64,000 bases of DNA from Octopus sinensis (lineage: Eukaryota). The position numbers and the translations under genes are program-made. Where the stretch lies: NCBI RefSeq assembly GCF_006345805.1, contig NC_043013.1, positions 39,866,001 to 39,930,000 on the forward strand, in the 5' to 3' direction. Below the pieces are notes generated by a model that had not been told where the DNA came from, did not search any database, and saw only the letters and a list, made by a program, of their open reading frames with translations. Each line of letters opens with the position of its first letter. Positions within the stretch are counted from its first letter, which is position 1. Positions 14,061 to 28,344 of this stretch are shown in pieces.

Positions 14061-14732
14061 AAAGTGAGGGGAGATTAAGAGGAAAAAGAAACTCTGGCAG
14101 GATCTGATTAAAGACTGTAAAGGGAGGCAACTATGTATCTCATGACATGTTGTTCGATGCACCGATTACTTAGCTAACCACCGGCCTTAACATAGTAAAC
14201 ATAATTATTTCTAACGTAATCACACAGTAAGATATTTATTGACAGGGAGCCAATCGATTATATCGATCCTAATGTTTGATTGAACATCATGTTAATGACT
14301 CCGGGAGAATAAATGATATAGCTAACCAATCCCTGGTGGGATTTGAAATCAGGACCTAAAGAGAAGTAAATAGATATGCCATGGCATATTATTTGATGCT
14401 CTACCAATTCATTTATGCAACAATACGTCACGTGATGGATATAATGATTCCTTGGTTAAGCACAATTTAGATAATGCGATGTAACTAAATTAATATTGTG
14501 TCTCACTTCAAACAAATTGCTTTCGTATCAATCAGTTAATTAATAGGATTCGGATAACGTTGTTGTATTTATGTAATCTGTCCATTGGTTCCCCCTACGT
14601 CTACCCTTCTCTCTCTCTCTCTCAGCATTGTATATATATATATGTGTGTGGGGAGGGAGGTATATATATATAATATATATATATATAATATATATATATA
14701 TATTATATATATATATATATATATCTATATAT

Positions 14733-14794
<62 letters not shown>

Positions 14795-14849
14795 ATATAA
14801 ATGCATACAACCGGGGATCTAATATCATCATCTCGGTTTATATCCGAAT

Positions 14850-14932
<83 letters not shown>

Positions 14933-15162
14933 CACATATGTAAGCCATATACACAATGATATCAATTCAATTTGAATTGCTGTATTAGGCAATAAAGCGT
15001 GTTTGCTCAGTCCAATCTTTCTTGTTAACGCTTACACACAGACGCGCGCACATACACACGTATGTATGTATGTATGTATGTATGTATGTATGTATGTATG
15101 TATGTATATATGTATGTATGCATGTATGTATGTATGTATGTAAGTGTGTGTGTATTCTTGGA

Positions 15163-16624
15163 TTCTGACTTCATCAGGTGTTCCTCGTCGCCGCCAAGAT
15201 TCTCCCTGAGAACGTCGTCGCACCTCCCCCTCCACTAATCCCCTATAGAACGCCTTCGTAGAATTGAAATCGCACAAGTTTGATCTCGAACGGCAGAGTT
15301 GCTTGAGAGCAAGGCAGCACTCGTGGTGCCATTCGCCTAGCCTCGGTCTTCTGTTTGATTCATGACTGTGGTTTGGCCAAAGAGACGAGCTGCCGGAAAG
15401 CGCGCCTCACAAGCGGTGATCACACCTGTTCACCGTCGTCTATGAAGCGCCGGAGATGTCGCAGTCTCAGGGCGTATCTGCGCATCATCAGCCACTGCTC
15501 ACCTAGCCCTCCATTTAGCGGGTGCTGATAGCAAATGGATCGCCTAACCCTCCGAACGTTTCCCTTCCACAAAAAGCGGAAGAGTATGCGTTCCAGTTTG
15601 GTGATGGTAGGGTCGGAACAAGGCAAGACGGTCAGACTGTAAACGATGACGGATGCGATGTACGCGTTCGGCACCTCCACCCGACCTTTTAAGGATAACT
15701 TCCTCTCGGCTCATTGCTGTGTGAGAGTGGCCATTCTACTCGATATCTCGTCTCCATTTGGAGGTCCGGACCGAACCAGACCCCGAGGAATTTAACCGGC
15801 CCGTCGGTCCAGCGTCCCACAATGGAGATGTTGTTGGACGGCATGGGCTTGCTTCTCCAGGTATCTAGCCGCAAGTTCACTGACTTTTCCTGGTTAATTT
15901 TCGCTCCTGTTACCGCTTCGTATTCCTTTAGTGTCTCGCCGATCAGATCGATATGCCTGTTGCTCGACACTATCACAGTGACGTCGTCCGCGTATGAAGA
16001 CACGCTCCTCCCGCATCCCAGTTCTCGCGAATTCTCCTCAGCGTTGCCATCTTCCGCAGTTGTGACTCTAGATTCAATACGCACAGAGGCGACGAAAGGG
16101 GGCATCCTTGACGGACTGATGTCAAATGATCTGGTCAGATGATCACTTGCGCGAACTACCGAGCGGATGCCGCTGTATAATGCAGCGATCCAACCACGGC
16201 AGACACGACTGAAACCATCCGCTATGAGGACGGCTTCCAAGTAGCGATGGCCAACTCTGTCGAAAGCTTTCGATTGATCCAAAATGATCAGCGCTCCAGC
16301 CAGCCATGCCAGGTTCCTTAACTACTCTGTCTATGATGTAGAGCATCAGATCGAGGTTGTCATGGGCACCCCTGCCCGGCACGGCACATGTTTGCGCCTT
16401 GTCGACCAGTTTCTCAATGACAAGCGCCAAGCTCTCAGCTAGCACCTTGGCCAAAATCTTCAAATCTGCGTTGAACAGAGACATAGGCCTGAAGTTATAT
16501 ATGACGTTCCCCTTGTTTGGATCTTTCTTTCGCGGTGCCGCCGCTCCTCGCTTCACAAAAACGGGAATACTCCCGTTTTGCAGCCACCCAATGGTGGCTT
16601 TGTTGCCTCGTTGCGCCCCCGCCA
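15163..16624 (-). mobile_element. Tx1/L1-clade LINE internal RT fragment with deletions
   Basis: RPMSLFNADLKILAKVLA, DQSKAFDRV, SSYADDV, FLGVWFG, NGGLG. Collinear with 19.4-21.1 kb; the 5' end abuts (GATA)n at 16625. Confidence 0.92.
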
Positions 16625-16821
16625 GATAGATAGATAGATAGATAGGGAAAGACGGAGAGGGAAAGAGAAAAGTGTGTGTTTGTTCGTGTGTGTGTGTGTG
16701 TGTGGTGTGTGTGTGTGTGTGTTTGTGAGTGTCTTTCCTATGGTATGCCTGACGATTTGTGTGTACGTGTGTGTGAGTATGTATGTGAGCGAGAGTGTGA
16801 GTGTGTATTCTCTTTCTCTTT

Positions 16822-17302
16822 CTCTTTTAATTGTTTAAGTCATTTGACCGCGGCCGTGCTGGAGCACCGCCTTAAGTCCAGCAAATCGACCCCAGGACTT
16901 ATTCTTTGGAAGCCTAGTACTTATTCTATCCGTCTCTTTTGCAGAACCGCTAAGTTACGGGGACGTAGACACACCGCCATCGGTTGTCAAGCGATGTTGG
17001 GGAGGGGACAAACACAGTCACACAAACATATAAACACACACACACCACACACACACACACATCCACACACACACACACATATATATATTATATAATATAT
17101 ATATATCTATATATATATATATATACACATACATATATACGGCGGACTTCATTCCGTTTCCCTCAACCAAATTCACTCAGAAGGCTTTGGTCGGCCCGTG
17201 TCTATAGAAGATGAGACTTGCCCAAGGTGCCACGCAGTGGGAATGAACCCGGAACAATATGGTTGGAAAGCAAGCTACTTACCACGCAGCCACTCTTGCA
17301 CC
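16822..17302 (-). mobile_element. SINE family A, full length
   Basis: Same head, body and tail as 5436-5846. Confidence 0.85.
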
Positions 17303-18120
17303 TATATATGTGTATCTGTGTTTTTACGTGATAATGTATATGTGGTGTATGTGTGTATGTGTGCGTGAGTGTCTGTGTGCGTGCGTGCGTGTGTTTGTGT
17401 ATGATTGTGTGATTGTATACCTATGCGATATGTGTGTGAGCGAATTTGTATGTGTGTGTATGTCTTTTGTGTGAGAATGTGTTTATGCTGCGTGTGTGTA
17501 TGTATGTATGTATGTATGTATGTGTGTGCATGAGCGTGTGCTTGCATGTGTATGAGAGGATGAATGTGCGAGTATACGTGTTTGCTTATCAGTGTGAACA
17601 TGTGTATAGTGTATATGTGTGTGTATGTTTGTATCTGCGTGTGTGTGTGTGTGTGTATGTGTGTGTAAAAGTGTGTGCGTGAGCGAGTGCATTAGTGAGT
17701 CTTTGTATGCGCGCGTGAGTGTATGGGAGACTGAGAGAGAGAGAGAGAATGTGTGTGTATGTGTATCTATGTGTGTGTGTATGTATATATGTCTATAGAT
17801 GTGTCCATATGTTTGAATGCGTCACAAAAATCGCTAAAAGTACAAAAAAAATTGAAGTTTGCTTCCTAAAGTCGTTAATCTAGACACAACAATTAACGTA
17901 TATTGCTTCTGGGAGGCTGGAAACATTCAAAGAAAATGGTAAATTTTTACAATATTCTTCACAGCAGCAATATTCTTCACAGTACTGTTTCTCCGGAATA
18001 ATCTCGCCAAGGTGTCGAAATAGGAATTAAGTGTTTTGTCGTTTTAAAATACTTCTTTGTGGTGATGCAGCGGTAGGAGAGAGGGGAAGACCAACAGAAG
18101 CCATACAGAGACAGACAGAC

Positions 18121-18153
<33 letters not shown>

Positions 18154-18351
18154 GACAGACAGACAGATAACAGACAACATACAGATAACTAGTTAGATAA
18201 AAAGACACAGATAACTAACTAGCTAGCTAGTTCAATAGATAGATAGATAGATAGATAGATAGCTAGATAGATAGATAGATAGTAGATAGATAGATAGGTA
18301 GATAGATAGATAATAGATAGATAGTAGATAATAGATAGATAGATAGATAAG

Positions 18352-18425
18352 TTTTTTTATTGGCCACACAGGGCTGCACACAGATGGGACAAGTTACAAG
18401 GTAGAGCTTTTCTTTTGGGGGATGA

Positions 18426-18456
<31 letters not shown>

Positions 18457-21400
18457 AAGAATAAAAAAAAGGGTGGCGTAGGTTTTCGATCAAAAGGGAT
18501 CGTAAAAGGGAAAAAAGAACAAAAAAAGGAAAAGAAAAAAGAAAAGAGGGAAAAGGAACAAAGGAAAAGAAAAATTTAAAAAGAAGAAAAAAGAGGAAAA
18601 AAAGGGGAAGAGAAAAAGAAAACGATCAATAGGGATCGTGTATCACAGTGTCATGATGTATGGTGTAAAGGGGAAAGCAAGTAAGGTTTATCCGTGGGAA
18701 GAAAAGCCTACGAAAAAGACCACGGTAAACTTGGTCATATTGTTATATGTTACCACATTTGTTTGCAAGTGGGTAACCCTCTGTTTTCAATTTCTGGGTT
18801 CATAGGATCATGCTCAAGGTGGCTTCGTCATTCATACGTGCCATCCTTGCTACATTCACCCATCTTTTTTTAAAACGTTCGCTAGACAAAACTTGCCTCT
18901 CTACTCTCACTTTCCTTTTCAAGTGGTACTTGAAGATGTTGATGAGAGGTTGACCAGAGAGGAAAGTGTTTGTCTCCAATCCTTTCAGACGCATCCACCA
19001 GATACTTTCTTTCGCCAGCCACAAGGATGATGAATAGCTCTTCTTTCCCGTTTGAAGGAAGGAGGCGTGACAATATTGACGATAGACTCAGCTGATAAAC
19101 CGACTCGTCCCACACGTGACAGCAGTTGTTCGACATAAGCCCACAGGTCGGAAATTGTTGACACTGAACGAGTGCGTGCAGAACGGTTTCGTCGCTCTGA
19201 CCGCATCTCGGGCAGGTCGGCCCCGTGTTTCTCGAGCCGTGTCTGTAGAGCTTATCCCGAACGGGTAGCGCTTCTCGGTAGCACTGCCAGGCCAGGGATC
19301 TCTGGAAGTTGTCCATGGGCCCTGGCCCGAAAGTCGTCCCGAACAGGCGGGTCAGGTACTCCTCGTCGACGTCCAGGTTCGCCCCGAGCTCGTCGTCGTA
19401 CCTCCCCTCCACTAAACCCCTATAGAATGCTTTGGTTGTGTTGAAGTCACTTAAGGTCGACCCAGGACGGCAGAGTTGCTTGAGAGCAACGCGACACTCG
19501 CGGTGCCATTCGCCCTTCCTCGGCTCTCTTTTTGATCCACGACTGCAGTTCGGTCATGGAGACGAGCTGCGGGAAAGCGTGCCTCACAAACGGCGACCAC
19601 ACCTGTTCACCGTCGTCTACATAGAGCCAGAGATGTCGCAGTCTCAGCGCGTGTCTGCGCATCATCAACCACGGCATGCCCAGCCCTCCTTTTAACGGGT
19701 GTTGACAGCAAATGGATCGCCTGACCATCGGACGCATCCTTTCCACAAGAAGCGAAAGAGGATGCGTTGTAGTTTGGTGATGATAGGGTCGGGACAATGT
19801 ACGACGGTCAGGCGGTAGTAGATGACGGACGCGATGTACGTGTTCGCCACCTCCGCGCGACCTTTTAGGGACAGTTTCCTCTCGCCTATTGCCGGCGAGA
19901 GTGACCACCCTACTCGTTATCTCGTTCCAGTTCTTCTCCACTTGGAGGTCCGGACCAAACCAGACCCCGAGCAACTCAACCGGGCCGTCGGTCCAGCGTC
20001 CCACGACGGAGGCGCTGGTGGACGGCATGGGCTTGCTTCTCCAGGTGCCTAGTCGCAAGCCCACTGACTTTTCCCGGTTGATTTTCGCTCCTGTCACCGC
20101 TTCGTAGTTTTTCAGTGTCTCGCCGACCAGCTCGATGTGCTCGTGGCTAGACACTATGACGGTGACGTCGTCCGCGTATGCAGACACGCTCGTCCCGCAT
20201 CCCAATTCTCGCGGGATGCCCCTTAGAGTCGCCAGCTTCCGCAGTAGTGGCTCAATACGTATAGAAGCGCCGAGAGGGGGCATCCCTGACGGACCGAACG
20301 TGCAATGTCGAAAGGTCTCGATAGATGTCCATTTACGCGAATTACCGAACGGATGCCTCTGTACAAGGCAGCTATCCAGCCGCGGAAGACGGGCCCGAAA
20401 CCAGCCGCTCTCAGGACTGCCTCCAAGTATCGATGGTCCACCCTATCAAAGGCTTTCGATTGATCCAAGTTGATCAGGGCCCCACCCATGCCAGGTTCGT
20501 TAACTACCCTGTCTATGATGTAGCGCATCAGATGGAGGTTGTCATTGATGGTCCGGCCTGGCACGGCGCATGTTTGCGCCTTGTCGACCAGTTTCTCGAT
20601 AACAACGCCAACCTCTTGGCTAGCACCTTGGCCAAAATTTTCAAGTCTGCATTAAGCAGAGTGATGGGCCTAAAGTTATCTATACATTTCCCTTGTTTAG
20701 ATCTTTCTCAGCAGTGTTACGGCTCCTCGGCTCACAAAACCAGGAATGCCCCCGTTTTGCTGCCAGTTGCAGTACACCGCCGCCAAGAGATCTCCAAACA
20801 AGTCTGGCATACAATTGTAAAGCTCGTAGGGTAGACCATCCAAACCCGGTGATTTGTCCCTCGAGCATTCTGCCATCGCTTCCCGCACTTCCGCCGCCGT
20901 GATGGCACCTTCGCAGCACCCTGCCTTTCTTGTCGAGTGTCGTGGTAGGCTATGTAGGTAGGCACTGAAGTCCACCCTACGTTCTTGCCCTCCACTCGTT
21001 CCGAACAGTCGGGCAAAATGCTGCTGAAAGGCCTCACACATTTTACTTGGCTCGAGCAATTCGCGCCCCTGTTCATCTACCAGTGACCGAATGGTGGCTT
21101 TGTTGCCCTGTTGCGCCTCTGCCACCCGGGCCTCTCTCGCGGCTCCAACACCTTCGTTCCTTAGAGCACACATCCTAGCTCTGACAGCACATCCTTCGGT
21201 TTGGCGTTGAAGGTTTGGTCGAGGGCCAACCTCGCCGCCAAAACGTCGGTGCGATGCCGCTTCTAATGCCTCTTCTAGCTTCTTAACTAGCTCACCTCTA
21301 CTCTATTTCTATCTATGGCTAGTGCTTTGCTGTACCTAATCGCTTCTGCTTTTACTGCTCTCTTGAGGGCAAACCACCATTTGTTGTTGATGATGGCTCC

Positions 21401-22649
21401 CGTCAAAGCCCTCTTTACTAGTGTGCTAATCCGGTCTCTGAAAACTTGTCTCGATGGGAAAGACGCGGTTTAGTTTCCAGTATCCGGGACCCCTGCCTAA
21501 GTGTCTTACCTAAGTCTAGCGTACATGTCACAAGTTTGTGATCCGTGTAGCTGACTATGTGGAATTGTGGACATCCTATGCTATCTCTATCTACTGTCCT
21601 ACACAGTATCCTATCTAGATACGATCTCGACGACCCGATGCGGTTGCTCCATGTCCACGTTGGCGCATTCGGGTGGTCTAGTCGGAACCTGTCAGACAGT
21701 TGAAAGCGTCTGAGCAGGTCTCTGAGGCATTTGCATCCCCGTCTATTCCTATCTCTACCCACGTAGTCTACATGCGTGTCCAAGGTAGCATTCCAATCCC
21801 CCACTAAGAGTAAATGGACGAGACGTTCCCAAGAAAACTTCTAGACGTTGAAAGAAATCCGCGCCGACCTGTTAAGGGCGGTGCGTAAACTGATACGAGT
21901 CGAAAAGCGCACCCATTGCTGCCGTCGACATCCAGGACGACCAGTCTACCCTCCGGTCTACGAATATTGTCCTTTACATTAGATCCAGACTCTTGTGAAA
22001 AAGTACCGCGGTGCCACTACCGCCCATTCTCGGCAGACAGGGGGAAAAAATAAATGTTGAACTGTCCGCCAAACATGGTCTTTAGGGCCCGCGGATTGTG
22101 GAGTCTGGTCTCGCTTATGGCTATGATTCTAACTTATGACTAACTTGGTACTGTATGTCATTTAAGAGGTACCCTTGTTTCCAAGGGACCCCAAGCCACG
22201 CGCATTACACAACCAATCTTGATCATAGTTCTAATGAATTAGAATACAGAGGGTTTTACTTACTGCTCGAAAGTTTTTGCTTTCTCCTCCGTTGGTTTGT
22301 CCTCGAGAAGATCCCAGTACAGTTTCTTTGTGAGATATTTTGGCATTTACCAACCGCACTGGGGAAAATGCCTTTGAGTGTGGTGCAGACTTTTGGAGAT
22401 GTGTAATATTTTGATGTGGTCTGGTGGTGTTGTGTATGGGTGATTGTTTGTTTTTATGTCATCTTCTGTTATGTTTGTTTTTGATTGGATGTATTCCATC
22501 AAATTTGTGTTTTTGGTGTCTATGGCTGTGAGCATGTTTTTGTGGTGTTGGTGTGGCTGTTGTTGCGTTGGGTTTTGAAATGTCTTCGGGAGATGTATTT
22601 CCCCCTGCTTGTTCGTGTTTGCATTTGTTTGGTTGTGTTTCTGCTCTTT
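18352..22649 (-). mobile_element. Tx1/L1-clade LINE, 5'-truncated upstream of ORF2 (probably within ORF1), with 3' UTR and short A tail, embedded in (GATA)n
   Basis: Complete ORF2 span, T-rich 3' UTR ending GGCCAATAAAAAAA, GATA arrays at ~18236-18350 and 22650-22850. Confidence 0.95.
18800..22226 (-). pseudogene. Frameshifted ORF2: APE endonuclease, reverse transcriptase and CCHC zinc knuckle
   Basis: MIKIGC..ARGL, ISETRL, GDWNATLD, YLDRIL, YTDHKLV (APE); KSPGLDGLPYE, LDQSKAFDRVDH, SVRQGCPLS, AYADDV (RT); CPRCGQSDETVLHALVQC. Split over many frames. Confidence 0.93.
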
Positions 22650-22808
22650 AGATAGATAGAGATAGATAGATAGAAGATAGATAGATAGATAGATAGATGA
22701 TAGATAGATAGATAGGTAGGTAGGTAGGTAGGATAGAGAGATAGATAGATAGAAGATAGATAGATAGATAGATAGATAGTAGATAGATAGATAGATAGAG
22801 TAGATAGG

Positions 22809-22876
<68 letters not shown>

Positions 22877-23156
22877 CTGAGAGATAGACAAACAGACAGA
22901 CAGACAGACAGGCTGAGAGATAGAGTCTACATCAATACATAGTGGACATAAATAAAGTTAGAACTATAAATATATTCATTAAAGTTAGAGTTACGTTAAT
23001 TTTTAGAGACAAACAGACTAAAAAGAATAACTGACTTCAAAATAAAAATGGTTTCAAATTTTGGCACAAGGCCAGCTATTTCGGCACAATTTCGGGGAAG
23101 GGGTTAAGTCGATTACTTCGACTCCAGTGACAATAATAATAATAATAATAATGATG

Positions 23157-23241
<85 letters not shown>

Positions 23242-23728
23242 GTACATTGTTTTGTCTTGGTATAAAAGATGGGCTACAGCAAATATTCTGCTCAATACCA
23301 CAGATTTGCTTGTCAGTTGTTTGACCTTAACCAGTTGAGCATGTCCCTTAGTGGCTAACGATATGTGCATCTCTGATCATGAGCAGAAGTAGTGGGGAAG
23401 CATCATAGCCATGTGTTGAGAGGGATTCTTTGGAGTTTGAATAATTCTCCTCTGGAAACATAGGTGTTTCGTTCAACATCCTAAAGCAACCCTTATTCAG
23501 GGACCTTTTGAGCAGGATGGGCTACTCGACCTGAAGAAAATTCTAACTGGGCCCCACCTGCAAGGTCACGTGCTGTTTATCTTGATATGAGATCACCATG
23601 TCGCGCACATATGGTTGTGATGCATGTGCCTGGTGTACCTTTATCAGACGGGTAGTCATGGTGGGTATGCTGGGCTTCGTATATTTTACCCCAGTGTCAC
23701 TTTGATGGCATGCTCTGCTCTCTCACTC
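23242..23728 (+). mobile_element. (AAT)n-embedded 556-bp non-coding element, 5'-truncated copy
   Basis: Highly similar to 56785-57340; ends CTCTCTCACTC-(AAT)n. Confidence 0.85.
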
Positions 23729-23786
<58 letters not shown>

Positions 23787-23821
23787 TAATAATAATAATG
23801 ATGATGATGATGATGATAATA

Positions 23822-24152
23822 GCATCTTAAGGCGGGAACTGTTCCTGTTATTGTGAGTGCCCTAGGTATGATAAGAAAGGGAGGTCGGAAGCATCTAGAT
23901 AATATCCCAGGAGAACCACGTCTCAGAGAAATCCAAACGATTGTGCTGACAACTACTGCCCACATTCTTAGAAAAACCTTATCCATTTGAATGTCTGCGT
24001 TGTAATGCATGAAGATATTTCACTACTGCCCCCACTATTCCCACTCCCCAAGCTTTCAGTCATACTGTAACATCTCTTATCCTTCACTCGCCCTAGGACT
24101 CGCTGGGTGTGTCTCAGCAAGTGACTGTAATAAACATGCAGATTAAAAGTAA
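23822..24152 (+). mobile_element. R4/Dong-clade LINE 3' end
   Basis: HLKAGTVPVIVSALGMIRKGGRKHLDNIPGEPRLREIQTIVLTTTAHILRKTLSI* (stop 23988-23990) plus 3' UTR, flanked by AAT/GAT repeats. Confidence 0.88.
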
Positions 24153-24166
24153 ATAATAATAATAAC

Positions 24167-24801
<635 letters not shown>

Positions 24802-24875
24802 AATAATAATAATAATAATAATAATAATAGACAAGACCAAGAACGCGATGCGATTGCAATAAATATTTTATTGGT

Positions 24876-24913
24876 TGAACGATATTTCGACAAGCCTGTC
24901 TTTGTCGAGTTCA
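24876..24913 (-). ncRNA. Minimal type I hammerhead-like motif (U3:A8, U4->C)
   Basis: UGAAC-UCGACAA-A-GACA ggcu UGUC-GAAAUAUC-GUUCA: perfect stems I and II, AUC cleavage triplet. Confidence 0.55.
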
Positions 24914-25031
24914 TTTCGCCAGCTGTAAAATTGTAACTTGAAAATCAATGATGTCATTCCATCAACGTGTGGACGCTGGTTGCTCTCGTTCATATTTTAG
25001 ATTTGAATTTCTATAATTTGGAATTTTTGAC

Positions 25032-25421
25032 CCAGTTGTGACCCTTAGTGGCTCACGATATGCGAATCTCTGATCATGAGCAGAAGTAGTGAGTAAACAT
25101 CATAGCTATCTGAGGAATTCTTTGGGGTTTGAATAAGCCCCTTCTGGAAATATGGGGATTCTGTTCTTCATCCTTAAACAAACCTTATTCATGAACCTTT
25201 TGAGCGGGTTGGGTTACTCGACATGAAGAAAATTCTAATCGAGCCCCACCTACAATGTCATGCGTTGTTTATCATGATATAAGATCACCTTGTCATGCAG
25301 GTATCGTTGTGATGCATGTGCCTGGTGTACCCTTGTCAGACGGGCAGTCATGATGGGTATATTGGGTTTCGTATATTTGTACGCCAGTGTTACTTTGATT
25401 ATATGCGCTGCTCTCTCATAC
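25032..25421 (+). mobile_element. Older diverged copy of the 556-bp element
   Basis: Collinear, ends CTCTCTCATAC-AATAAT, followed by (GAA)n at 25430-25625. Confidence 0.8.
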
Positions 25422-25626
25422 AATAATTTAGAAGAAGAAGAAGAAGAGAAGAAGAAGAAGAAGAAGAAGAAGAAGAAGAAGAAGAAGAAGAAGAAGAAGA
25501 AGAAGAAGAAGAAGAACAAGAAGAAGAAGAAGAAGAAGAAGAAGAAGAAGAAGAAGAAGAAGAAGAAGAAGAGAAGAAGAAGAAGAAGAAGAAGAAGAAG
25601 AAGAAGAAGAAGAAGAAGAAGAAGAA

Positions 25627-25845
25627 TGGTCTCAAATTTTGGCATAAGGCTAACAACATTGGACGGAGGAGGCAAGTCGATTACGTCGACCCGAATGCTC
25701 GACTGGTACTTAGATTATCGAACCCTCAAGGATGAAAGGCAAAGTCGACTCCGTCGGTATTTGAACTCAGAAGCTAATGACAGACGAAATACTGCTGAGA
25801 GCATTTCGCTCGGTATGCTGACGATTCTGCTAGCCTGCCGCCGTC
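25627..25845 (-). mobile_element. tRNA/Nin-domain SINE family B (tail Y)
   Basis: Core GTCGACTTTGCCTTTCATCC...AAGTACCAG; tail GCCTTATGCCAAAATTTGAGACC. Confidence 0.8.
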
Positions 25846-26519
25846 TTCCGGCACTTTATATTATTCATTAGTAAGTGAAGAGTGTATGACATATGTAGAT
25901 TATGTAAATATAGAATTGTTGATTAAACTTGTATGCTACACGGGGGAATATCTTTGCTTGTTTCCAGGCACTTAGCTTTTATCAATTCTGGGTCATTGAC
26001 TGGATTTCTTTCGTTAACACGTGACCATAAGATTTAGCAGAAAAGATATAATTAATTAAATTGATGCAGCTACTTGCCTGGAACACATTTTGTTGTTTAT
26101 TTGTTGTATAGCGTACATTTTATTAACAAGAAAAAAAATATTTGCGTCGCTGGTTCTTGGTTTTCAGCAAACAGCCAATCATTGGGTCATTGGTTCAGCG
26201 TATTTCCTGTGGCCAGAGTAACAAGGGAGTATCTGTGCAATTCGGGCGGAATAATACTGGATAATTTTATTCGAAGTTAAAAGCCTGTGTTATTTTGATC
26301 GGTTTTTTGCGGAGGTTTTTTTATTTTATTTGTTGGATTGTCTGTTTATTTGTTTTAACTGTTTCGATGATATATATCGACGAATGAGCAACACACACAC
26401 ACACTTTCTTGCGTAAATCCCCAAAACAAGTGTGTGTGTGTATGCGTGTGTGTGTGTGTGTGCGCGCGCGCGCGCGTACTTTTGTATATAGATAGACAGA
26501 CAGGCAGACAGACACACAT

Positions 26520-26614
<95 letters not shown>

Positions 26615-26644
26615 TACAGACAGATAGATAATAGATAGATGGAG

Positions 26645-26715
<71 letters not shown>

Positions 26716-27249
26716 CTGCCGGACAGACAGACAGATAGATAGATATGCATATGCATATATACATATATATACACACACACACACATATATATATGCATAG
26801 ATAGATAGATAGAAAGACTGCCAGACAGACAGACAGAAGGATGGAGGGAGAGACAGAGGGAATGGAAGGGAGGGAGGTAGAGACAGTCATGTTTGTTTTC
26901 ATACAGAGTTATATATACAAACATTAGTTGAAAGAAGAGTCAATATATTTTAATTAAGCTTCACATCGATTTTTTTGTGTAATAATATTTACGAGCTGCT
27001 TATTGCATATGATGTTCAGGTGTACAACGACCCATCGGAAAGGGATAAAAGAGAGGACGGGAGGTGTCAATAAATCGAATAAAGAAAGAGAGCAATGAAA
27101 ATGAAAGTACATACACAGTACACAGATTAAAACGCGAAAAGACAGTAAATTGAACCGTAAAAGAGCCGCAGAAAGGAATTGGCGCATGAATATAAGAGGA
27201 GTTGTGTTGACGACTTTCGGGAAGTATGGAATTTTTGATGGATGCAGTA

Positions 27250-28120
27250 TTCTGGCAGCTAAAAAGGGATTCAGGCTGTTTTATTTCATGCTTCGAGAAT
27301 TCTGAGCACGAATATTCTGGGCAGTCATGGGTGTTGTGCTGCTTGATGATTTTATAAGCACGAGTGTTAGACGAGCTGACTTCAAATTTGTGGCGAAAAA
27401 TTGTTGTTGGAAAGATGGTGGATAATCTTGTAGGCTTCTACCAAGTAATCTGATAGACGTTGAAGCTTTTGTCCTGAGAAGCAAAACTTGTAAGATTTTG
27501 TAAGTAACCGGTGGGGAATGTTCATCTGATTGCACATTTCAGAACAGCTTTCAACAGATCGATATACTAAACAGGGTGGAGATTCCAAACTGGAGATTCT
27601 AACTATAAGCCTGCACAAACCATAATCATGCCTAGCTTTAAATAGATTAGCTGGTGAGCGGCTGACATAGCCCTTATTGAATTATGCTGAAACATTCGAT
27701 TTTTTGACGATTTTGGAAATATTGTTCATCTAACGCAGATCATTGGTAATAATAATGCCTCGGTCACAATTACCAGCAGATTTCTTAAAGCTGGTGTTGC
27801 GAAGAGAATCGATAAATTCCGCGGTTTTCTTTCACAAGCATATAATAATGCATTTGTCTAAAGACAGCTTGAGTTGCCAGTCAGCAATCCATTGCTGTAT
27901 TTTTACCAAGTCAGATTTCAAGAAAAATCTATAGCATATACTATCTGTTGTTGTTTTTATATATATATATCTCTCATGTTACAGCTTAATATCATCTGCA
28001 TAATTTAAGACTCAAACACGTTTCATGCTGGCATCTATTACATTAATACAAGTAGAAAACAATAATTTATTAAGAATAGTTCCCTGCAGGACAACAGACA
28101 TCATTGCATAGATGGGAGAA
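27250..28120 (-). mobile_element. Highly decayed CR1/L2-group LINE RT fragment
   Basis: Remnant motifs VLQGTIL, YADDIKL and LQRL.DYLVEAYKIIHH, with many stops. Confidence 0.55.
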
Positions 28121-28344
28121 TTCACAGAAAACACTTAACCATGATTCCATGTAACAGGAGCGACCCTGAAACAATGGGATTGTGAGACCAACTTTATTAC
28201 TAGACACATGAAACCAGATTTATGAAAAGGGCAACAGATATCATTGATACTTCAACTCAGAATATGTTGTTGTTGTTGTTGTTGTTATTGTTGTTGTTGT
28301 TGTTGTCGTTGTTGTCGTTGTTGTCGTTGTCGTTGTTGTTGTTA

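Noticed and set aside
25250-25871. Poly-K/R/E and poly-F/S ORFs
   Set aside because: (GAA)n microsatellite joined to repeat elements.
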